Shown here piece after piece: positions 54,610 to 64,000 of a stretch of DNA of 64,000 bases (the stretch's first letter is position 1; every line of letters starts with the position of its first letter). Source of the stretch: Eledone cirrhosa (taxonomy: Eukaryota); contig OZ024754.1 in the NCBI GenBank assembly GCA_964016885.1, forward strand, positions 16,802,001 to 16,866,000. The letters are read 5' to 3'. The notes below the pieces were generated by a model. That model saw nothing but the letters and a program-made list of their open reading frames with translations, did no database searches and was not told the DNA's origin. The translations under genes were made by a program, and so were the position numbers.

Positions 54610-55100
54610 AATATGGTTTTATAAATATAGTTTCCATTTATTTAATATCGTATATCTACTCCAAAAACTTGTCGAGTGCTTTATATCAGTTATAAAATAT
54701 TTACTTGTTGTATCCCAACAATTTTAAATAGAACTTTTGCATATAATATATATATATATAAGTATTGAAGTTTCCATTGAAAATTGAAAAAGTCATAGGA
54801 GTGAAGAGTGCTCTATGTAAGTACCAGAGCTAAATTTAATGTATAATAAACAATACAATATAATTACCTCATTACCATATATATATAGTATATACATATA
54901 TATATACACACACACACACACACATATATATGCACCCACTAGCTCTGATTGTATTTTGCTGAATATACCATTAGACAAGAACATTATCTTGTTTATAGAC
55001 TGTTTATAAACACAAATAAATATCTCTAACAAATGTATTCATTATTAAGCCTGTTATATTTTCATTTTTGACATTATATATTTATGGCCTCTATTAAAAC

Positions 55101-55163
55101 ACTGACCTCTTTTTTTCTTTATTTTTAGGTAAGTAACTCCCCAAAGTACCCCCCTGGGTAAGA
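55101..55163 (+). promoter_or_regulatory. Candidate recursive splice site / 29-nt microexon
   Basis: Branch-like CTGAC (55102), pyrimidine tract 55106-55126, TAG|GTAAGT at 55126-55134, and a second donor TGG|GTAAGA at 55158. Confidence 0.5.
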
Positions 55164-55197
55164 ATTTCTTTGATTTTCTTGTTTATCAATTTATTCT

Positions 55198-58100
55198 GTT
55201 GTACTGTAGTGTATGTAGTGGTACTGTAGTGTATGTAGTGGTACTGTTGTGTATGTAGTGGTACTGTTGTGTATGTAGTGGTACTGTTGTGTATGTAGTG
55301 GTACTGTTGTGTATGTAGTGGTACTGTAGTGTATGTAGTGGTACTGTTGTGTATGTAGTGGTACTGTTGTGTATGTAGTGGTACTGTTGTGTATGTAGTG
55401 GTACTGTTGTGTATGTAGTGGTACTGTTGTGTATGTAGTGGTACTGTTGTGTATGTAGTGGTACTGTTGTGTATGTAGTGGTACTGTTGTGTATGTAGTG
55501 GTACTGTAGTGTATGTAGTGGTACTGTTGTGTATGTAGTGGTACTGTTGTGTATGTAGTGGTACTGTAGTGTATGTAGTGGTACTGTAGTGTATGTAGTG
55601 GTACTGTAGTGTATGTAGTGGTACTGTAGTGTATGTAGTGGTACTGTAGTGTATTTAGTGGTACTGTAGTGTATGTAGTGGTACTGTAGTGTATGTAGTG
55701 GTACTGTAGTGTATGTAGTGGTACTGTAGTATATGTAGTGGTACTGTAGTGTATGTAGTGGTACTGTTGTGTATGTAGTGGTACTGTTGTGTATGTAGTG
55801 GTACTGTTGTGTATGTAGTGGTACTGTAGTGTATGTAGTGGTACTGTTGTGTATGTAGTGGTACTGTAGTGTATGTAGTGGTACTGTTGTGTATGTAGTG
55901 GTACTGTTGTGTATGTAGTGGTACTGTTGTGTATGTAGTGGTACTGTTGTGTATGTAGTGGTACTGTAGTGTATGTAGTGGTACTGTTGTGTATGTAGTG
56001 GTACTGTTGTGTATGTAGTGGTACTGTTGTGTATGTAGTGGTACTGTTGTGTATGTAGTGGTACTGTTGTGTATGTAGTGGTACTGTTGTGTAGGTAGTG
56101 GTACAGCTGTGTATGTAGTGGCACTGTAGTGTATGTAGTGGTACTGTAGTGTAGGTAGTGGTACAGCTGAGGATGTAGTGGTACAGTAGTGTATGTAGTG
56201 GTACAGTAGTCTATGTAGTGTATGTAGTGGTACTGTTGTGTATGTAGTGGTACTGTTGTGTATGTAGTGGTACAGTAGTGTATGTAGTGGTACAGTAGTG
56301 TATGTAGTGGTACTGTAGTGTATGTAGTGGTACTGTAGTGTATGTAGTGGTACTGTAGTGTATGTAGTGGTACTGTTGTGTATGTAGTGGTACAGCTGTG
56401 TATGTAGTGGTACTGTAGTGTATGTAGTGGTACTGTAGTGTATGTAGTGGTACTGTAGTGTATGTAGTGGTACTGTTGTGTATGTAGTGGTACAGCTGTG
56501 TATGTAGTGGTACTGTAGTGTATGTAGTGGTACTGTAGTGTATGTAGTGGTACTGTAGTGTATGTAGTGTATGTAGTGTATGTAGTGGTACTGTAGTGTA
56601 TGTAGTGGTACTGTAGTGTATGTAGTGGTACAGTAGTGTATGTAGTGGTACTGTAGTGTATGTAGTGGTACAGTAGTGTATGTAGTGGTACAGTAGTGTA
56701 TGTAGTGGTATTGTAGTGGTACAGTAGTGTATGTAGTGGTACTGTAGTGTATGTAGTGGTACAGTAGTGTATGTAGTGTATGTAGTGGTACAGTAGTGTA
56801 TGTAGTGGTACTGTAGTGTATGTAGTGGTACTGTAGTGTATGTAGTGGTACTGTAGTGTATGTAGTGGTACAGTAGTGTATGTAGTGGTACAGTAGTGTA
56901 TGTAGTGGTACTGTAGTGTATGTAGTGGTACAGTAGTGTATGTAGTGGTACTGTAGTGTATGTAGGGGTATAGTAGTGTATGTAGTGGTACAGTAGTGTA
57001 TGTAGTGGTACTGTAGTGTATGTAGTGGTACTGTAGTGTATGTAGTGGTACAGTAGTGTATGTAGCGGTACTGTTGTGTATGTAGTGGTACTGTAGTGTA
57101 TGCAGTGGTACTGTTGTGTATGTAGTGGTACTGTTGTGTATGTAGTGGTACAGCTGTGTATGTAGTGGCACTGTAGTGTATGTAGTGGTACTGTAGTGTA
57201 GGTAGTGGTACAGCTGAGGATGTAGTGGTACAGTAGTGTATGTAGTGGTACAGTAGTGTATGTAGTGTATGTAGTGGTACTGTTGTGTATGTAGTGGTAC
57301 AGTAGTGTATGTAGTGGTACAGTAGTGTATGTAGTGGTACTGTAGTGTATGTAGTGGTACTGTAGTGTATGTAGTGGTACTGTAGTGTATGTAGTGGTAC
57401 TGTTGTGTATGTAGTGGTAGAGCTGTGTATGTAGTGGTACTGTAGTGTATGTAGTGGTACTGTAGTGTATGTAGTGGTACTGTAGTGTATGTAGTGGTAC
57501 TGTTGTGTATGTAGTGGTACAGCTGTGTATGTAGTGGTATTGTAGTGTATGTAGTGGTACTGTAGTGTATGTAGTGTATGTAGTGGTACTGTAGTGTATG
57601 TAGTGGTACAGTAGTGTATGTAGTGGTACTGTAGTGTATGTAGTGGTACTGTAGTGTATGTAGTGGTACAGTAGTGTATGTAGTGGTACTGTAGTGTATC
57701 TAGTGGTACTGTAGTGTATGTAGTGGTACTGTAGTGTATGTAGTGGTACTGTAGTGTATGTAGTGGTACAGTAGTGTATGTAGTGGTACAGTAGTGTATG
57801 TAGTGGTACTGTAGTGTATGTAGTGGTACAGTAGTGTATGTAGTGGTACTGTAGTGTATGTAGGGGTATAGTAGTGTATGTAGTGGTACAGTAGTGTATG
57901 TAGTGGTACTGTAGTGTATGTAGTGGTACTGTAGTGTATGTAGTGGTACAGTAGTGTATGTAGCGGTACTGTTGTGTATGTAGTGGTACTGTAGTGTATG
58001 CAGTGGTACTGTTGTGTATGTAGTGGTACTGTTGTGTATGTAGTGGTACAGCTGTGTATGTAGTGGCACTGTAGTGTATGTAGTGGTACTGTAGTGTAGG

Positions 58101-60051
58101 TAGTGGTACAGCTGAGGATGTAGTGGTACAGTAGTGTATGTAGTGGTACAGTAGTGTATGTAGTGTATGTAGTGGTACTGTTGTGTATGTAGTGGTACAG
58201 TAGTGTATGTAGTGGTACAGTAGTGTATGTAGTGGTACTGTAGTGTATGTAGTGGTACTGTAGTGTATGTAGTGGTACTGTAGTGTATGTAGTGGTACTG
58301 TTGTGTATGTAGTGGTAGAGCTGTGTATGTAGTGGTACTGTAGTGTATGTAGTGGTACTGTAGTGTATGTAGTGGTACTGTAGTGTATGTAGTGGTACTG
58401 TTGTGTATGTAGTGGTACAGCTGTGTATGTAGTGGTACTGTAGTGTATGTAGTGGTACTGTAGTGTATGTAGTGTATGTAGTGGTACTGTAGTGTATGTA
58501 GTGGTACAGTAGTGTATGTAGTGGTACTGTAGTGTATGTAGTGGTACTGTAGTGTATGTAGTGGTACAGTAGTGTATGTAGTGGTACTGTAGTGTATCTA
58601 GTGGTACTGTAGTGTATGTAGTGGTACTGTAGTGTATGTAGTGGTACTGTAGTGTATGTAGTGGTACTGTAGTGTATGTAGTGGTACTGTAGTGTATGTA
58701 GTGGTACTGTAGTGTATGTAGTGGTACTGTAGTGTATGTAGTGGTACAGTAGTGTATGTAGTGGTATTGTAGTGTATGTAGTGGTACAGTAGTGTATGTA
58801 GTGGTACAGTAGTGTATGTAGTGGTACTGTAGTGTATGTAGTGGTACAGTAGTGTATGTAGTGGTACTGTAGTATATGTAGTGGTACTGTAGTGTATGTA
58901 GTGGTACTGTAGTGAATGTAGTGGTACTGTAGTGTATGTAGTGGTACAGTAGTGTATGTAGTGGTACAGTAGTGTATGTAGTGGTACTGTAGTGTATGTA
59001 GTGGTACAGTAGTGTATGTAGTGGTACTGTAGTGTATGTAGGGGTATAGTAGTGTATGTAGTGGTACAGTAGTGTATGTAGTGGTACTGTAGTGTATGTA
59101 GTGGTACTGTAGTGTATGTAGTGGTACAGTAGTGTATGTAGTGGTACAGTAGTGTATGTAGTGGTACAGTAGTGTATGTAGTGGTACAGTAGTGTATGTA
59201 GTGTATGTAGTGGTACAGTAGTGTATGTAGTGGTACTGTAGTGTATGTAGTGGTACTGTAGTGTATGTAGTGGTACTGTAGTGTATGTAGTGGTACAGTA
59301 GTGTATGTAGTGGTACTGTAGTGTATGTAGTGGTACTGTAGTGTATGTAGTGGTACAGTAGTGTATGTAGTGGTACTGTAGTGTATGTAGTGGTACAGTA
59401 GTGTATGTAGTGGTATTGTAGTGTATGTAGTGGTACAGTAGTGTATGTAGTGGTACTGTAGTGTATGTAGTGGTACTGTAGTGTATGTAGTGGTACTGTA
59501 GTGTATGTAGTGGTACTGTAGTGTATGTAGTGGTACAGTAGTGTATGTAGTGGTACTGTAGTGGTACAGTAGTGTATGTAGGGGTATAGTAGTGTATGTA
59601 GTGGTACTGTAGTGTATGTAGTGGTACTGTAGTGTATGTAGTGGTACTGTAGTGTATGTAGTGTATGTAGTGGTACAGTAGTGTATGTAGTGGTACAGTA
59701 GTGGTACAGTAGTGTATGTAGTGGTACTGTAGTGTATGTAGTGGTACTGTAGTGTATGTAGTGGTACAGTAGTGTATGTAGTGGTACTGTAGTGTATGTA
59801 GTGGTACTGTAGTGTATGTAGTGGTACTGTAGTGTATGTAGTGGTACAGTAGTGTATGTAGTGGTACAGTAGTGTATGTAGTGGTACTGTAGTGTATGTA
59901 GTGGTACTGTAGTGGTACAGTAGTGTATGTAGTGGTACAGTAGTGTATGTTGTGGTACAGTAGTGTATGTAGTGGTACTGTAGTGTATGTAGTGGTACTG
60001 TAGTGTATGTAGTGGTACAGTAGTGTATGTAGTGTATGTAGTGGTACAGCT
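55198..60051. repeat. 20-bp satellite array (~240 copies)
   Basis: Unit gtac(t/a)gt(a/t)gtgtatgtagtg, with occasional 9- or 11-bp half units and recurrent variant blocks. Confidence 0.98.
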
Positions 60052-60128
60052 GTGGCCATATTTCCTGTATCTAGTACATCGATGTTTGTAATTTGTGGAC
60101 TATGTAGTACAGTTGTATCTGTTAAAGT

Positions 60129-60308
60129 AATTATTTCTACTTTTGGCACAAGGCCAGCAATTACCCAGTACATTACTGGTTTTTATTTTATCGACCCCGG
60201 GAGGATGAAAGGCAAAGTTAACCTCGGCGGGATTTGAACTCAGACCGTAAAGGGCCGTAACTCTATGCTAGAAAGCATGGCGTCCAACCCTCTGCCAATC
60301 CACCGCCA
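60129..60308 (-). mobile_element. SINE family B with TSD
   Basis: Flanked by ttgtatctgttaaa(g/a)taat. Confidence 0.92.
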
Positions 60309-60374
60309 TTGTATCTGTTAAAATAATATTTTGTGTTTGGTGGTGGTGTAGGAGTGGCCATTATTCCTAACATT

Positions 60375-60563
60375 GGCGGTGGATTGGCAGTATTGGTAGA
60401 GGGTCGGACGCCATATTTGACGTATAGAGTTACGACCCTTGCCATTCTGAGTTCAAATTCCGCCGAGGTTAACTTTGCCTTTCATCCTTACGGGGTCGAT
60501 AAAATAAAGTACCAGTAATGCACTGGGTAATTGCTGGCCTTGTGCCAAACGTAGAAACAATTA
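60375..60563 (+). mobile_element. SINE family B with TSD, inserted in an older minus-strand relative (to ~60770)
   Basis: Flanked by attattcctaacattggc. B box GAGTTCAAATTC. Confidence 0.92.
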
Positions 60564-61424
60564 TTCCTAACATTGGCAAAAAGGCCAGAATTTTTATTGT
60601 TGGAATTAATCAGTTAAATCCATTTTGGTAGTTGACTGTTCCTTTATATATTGACACTGGAAGAATGAAAAATAAAGTTAACCTCAGTGGCATTTGAGCT
60701 CAGAATGTAAAGATCCACAACTATTCCACACAATATTTTGACCCAGGCTCAAACAATTCTGTTAATCCATTGTTGTTATTTGCTAATTTATACACAGTTT
60801 ACTTTGTCTTATTGATATTTGGTGGTATACTTTATTCATCAACTCTGAGCACCCTGTAATGATTTATCAAAAAATATCTAAAGATAGGTTTATAAATTTA
60901 ACCCTTTAGTTACCAACCCAGCCAAAACCCGGCTCTGGTGTGTGATAATGGATTTGGATGATTCAAGAAGAGAACCAGATGTTTTTAAATGTATCATGTT
61001 TCCAGGCTCAATTACATTGAGGTTAACTTTGCTGCTTTCACGGGTCAATAACATACATGGTGTATATTCCGAATATATATTGGAGTTAATTCAATTGTTT
61101 ATATTCCACTTGAGTCTTCAGAACAGAATACATGCAATGTTATTCCTGAAAAATTGACATCTGAAATTAATTAAAAGGAAAGAGCAAAAAATATAATATA
61201 ATGTAGTTTCTCATAATTAATTTGTCTAGAAATTTCTACAGTCAACACATTCTTTGCATGAGCTATGACCATCACTTCACCATTTTTACAACTAATTTTT
61301 GAATTACAATGTTAGAGTTCTAAATTTCATTCTTTCATCATTTGCTTTAACCGCTAATTTAATGAATTGAAATGATAATCATATTATTTGTTGGTCAATG
61401 GAGTTATTCTTTTTTTTCTTTTTA

Positions 61425-61550
61425 TCATTATCATCATTGTCATCATCATCATAATCATTGCCATTTTTCATTGTCATCATCATCATCATCAACATCTGTT
61501 TTTGTCATCATTGTCATCGCTGTCATTGATGCCTTTCATTCATGTCATCG
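61425..61550. repeat. Degenerate (CAT)n microsatellite
   Basis: Direct inspection. Confidence 0.8.
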
Positions 61551-61854
61551 TCAGAATCTAAATTAAACACTTTAAAACTTTATTTTTGTTGTAATTAATT
61601 AATTAATTAATTTGAGAAAGAAGAGCAGTACACCTTACATTTGTATGGCAGGTGTGATTGATAGATTTGGTTTTTAGTTTAAGCCTTTGTTTAGCTTGAG
61701 CTGTAGAGAAATATGTAGGCTGCAGTAGAGGGATGGAATTAATGGTGTTTAGAGTTGTCAGGTGAGAAGATATTGGAATTGTGACAGTGTGACAGTAGCA
61801 TAGGCTTGTACATTGGGTAAGCTTTGGTATGTAGTTTAGAGGTGCTAAGAACTG

Positions 61855-61928
61855 TAGTAGTGATGGTGGTGGTAGTAGTAGTAGTAATGGTGTTGGTGGT
61901 AGTAGTAATGGTTTGGTGGTGGTAGTTT

Positions 61929-61966
<38 letters not shown>

Positions 61967-63506
61967 ATAGCAGTAGTAGTAGTAGTAGTAGTAATAGCAG
62001 TTGTAGTAGTAGTAGTAAAAGTAGTAGTAAGAATAATAGCAGTTGTAGTAGTAGTAAAAGCAGTAGTAAGAATAATAGCAGTTGTAGTAGTAGTAGTAGT
62101 AAAAGCAGTAGTAAGAATAATAGCAGTTGTAGTAGTAGTAAAAGCAGTAGTAAGAATAATAGCAGTTGTAGTAGTAAAAGTAGTAGTAAGAATAATAGCA
62201 GTTGTAGTAGTAGTAGTAAAAGTAGTAGTAAGAATAATAGCAGTTGTAGTAGTAGTAGTAGTAAGAATAATAGCAGTTGTAGTAGTAGTAGTAAAAGTAG
62301 TAGTAAGAATAATAGCAGTTGTAGTAGTAAAAGTAGTAGTAAGAATAATAGCAGTTGTAGTTGTAGTAGTAAAAGTAGTAGTAAGAATAATAGCAGTTGT
62401 AGTAGTAGTAGTAAAAGTAGTAGTAAGAATAATAGCTGTTGTAGTAGTAGTAGTAAAAGTAGTAGTAAGAATAATAGCAGTTGTAGTAGTAGTAGTAAAA
62501 GCAGGAGTAAGAATAATAGCAGTTGTAGTAGTAGTAAAAGCAGTAGTAAGAATAATAGCAGTTGTAGTAGTAGTAGTAAAAGTAGTAGTAAGAATAATAG
62601 CAGTTGTAGTAGTAGTAAAAGCAGTAGTAAGAATAATAGCAGTTGTAGTAGTAGTAGTAAAAGTAGTAGTAAGAATAATAGCAGTTGTAGTAGTAGTAGT
62701 AGTAAAAGCAGTAGTAAGAATAATAGCAGTTGTAGTAGTAGTAGTAAAAGCAGTAGTAAGAATAATAGCAGTTGTAGTAGTAATAGTAAAAGTAGTAGTA
62801 AGAATAATAGCAGTTGTAGTAGTAGTAGTAACAGCAGTAGTAAGAATAATAGCAGTTGTAGTAGTAGTAGTAGTAAAAGCAGTAGTAAGAATAATAGCAG
62901 TTGTAGTAGTAGTAGTAGTAGTAGTAAAAGCAGTAGTAAGAATAATAGCAGTTGTAGTAGTAGTAGTAACAGCAGTAGTAAGAATAATAGCAGTTGTAGT
63001 AGTAGTAGTAGTAGTAAAAGCAGTAGTAAGAATAATAGCAGTTGTAGTAGTAGTAGTAGTAACAGCAGTAGTAAGAATAATAGCAGTTGTAGTAGTAGTA
63101 GTAGTAACAGCAGTAGTAAGAATAATAGCAGTTGTAGTAGTAGTAGTAGTAAAAGCAGTAGTAAGAATAATAGCAGTTGTAGTAGTAGTAGTAGTAAAAG
63201 CAGTAGTAAGAATTTTAGCAGTTGTAGTAGTAGTAAAAGCAGTAGTAAGAATAATAGCAGTTGTAGTAGTAGTAGTAGTAGTAGTAAAAGCAGTAGTAAG
63301 AATAATAGCAGTTGTAGTAGTAGTAAAAGCAGTAGTAAGAATAATAGCAGTTGTAGTAGTAGTAAAAGCAGTAGTAAGAATAATAGCAGTAGTTGTAGTA
63401 GTAGTAGTAGTAGTAGTAAAAGCAGGAGTAAGAATAATAGCAGTTGTAGTAGTAGTAGTAGTAAAAGCAGTAGTAAGAATAATAGCAGTAGTAGTAGTAG
63501 TAGTAG
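61855..63506. repeat. Compound trinucleotide minisatellite
   Basis: Core gtaaaag(c/t)agtagtaagaataatagcagtt plus variable (GTA)n. All unit lengths are multiples of 3. Confidence 0.97.
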
Positions 63507-63812
63507 GTAAGAGAGAAGAAACACTATGTTTGTGAGCCTATGTTCACTAGGTAGGCTTTGTTATACAGTTAATTTAGAAGTGCAAATAACATTGGGAGTA
63601 ATGATGGTGGTGATGATGGTAGTTGAAGGTACAGAAAGAAGACGCACCATGTGTGTGTGTGCCATTGTTTGTAGAGTGCCAAATAGTTTTTCTTTATCAA
63701 ATTGAAGATAGAAAGTTTGGCTTTTACACCTACCTCCCTTAGCACTGTTTTATCAGAGATTGCTTATTCATCCAGCAGGAGTCCACTTATATTGCAACTA
63801 ACCATCATTTGT

Positions 63813-64000
63813 GAAGGCGCATGGCTTATTGGTTAGAGCATTGGGCTTGCAATTGAGAAGTTGTGAGTTCAATTCTCGGACCGGGTGATGCGTTGTGCCC
63901 TTGAGCAAGATACTTTATTTCATGTTGCTCCAGTTTACTCAGCTGTAGAAATGAGTTGAGACATCACTGGTGCCAAGCTGTATTGGTCATTGCCTTTCCC
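63813..64000 (+). mobile_element. tRNA-SINE with family A head, different body, running off the window
   Basis: gaaggcgcatggcttattggttagagca...gagttcaattctcggaccgggtgatg...cttgagcaagatactttatttca...cagctgtagaaatgag. Confidence 0.88.

Larger units (their letters stand above)
54288..54745. mobile_element. Foldback element (~180-bp arms) carrying two hammerheads, plus tail
   Basis: 54288-54470 and 54473-54655 are almost perfect reverse complements (one mismatch seen). The tail ctactccaaaaacttgtcgagtgct resembles 53661-53692. Set in (TA)n. Confidence 0.88.

Noticed and set aside
55186-60173. 661-1320 aa Thr/Tyr/His-rich ORFs
   Set aside because: Artefacts of the 20-bp satellite, open in several frames with no unique domain.
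61845-63535. Poly-Leu and poly-Val ORFs
   Set aside because: Trinucleotide-based repeat, open on both strands, with no coding signature.

Overview
AT-rich eukaryotic DNA made almost entirely of repeats. The tRNA-derived SINE families, RTE LINEs and microsatellite load resemble an octopod/cephalopod genome (inference from recalled repeat types, not a search). No host protein-coding exon can be supported. The window may be one long + strand intron, given a weak TATA+Inr/first-exon candidate near 0.5 kb and a strong AG|GTAAGT recursive-splice-like site at 55.1 kb. Contents: (i) several RTE-clade LINE copies, including two near-identical young copies in inverted orientation, whose RT carries a PHD-type C4HC3 zinc finger; (ii) two tRNA-SINE families, one with interchangeable RTE-derived tails; (iii) TTAA-flanked piggyBac-like and mariner-like MITEs; (iv) a Penelope-like GIY-YIG remnant; (v) 32-bp, 82-bp, 20-bp and trinucleotide tandem arrays. 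The most notable signal is a cluster of five type-I hammerhead ribozyme motifs at 53.29-54.61 kb. They lie in small non-coding, partly palindromic elements inserted in (TA)n microsatellites, with related foldback elements at 12.3, 15.4 and 47.5 kb. This suggests a non-autonomous Penelope/retrozyme-like system. All folds and alignments were done by eye.
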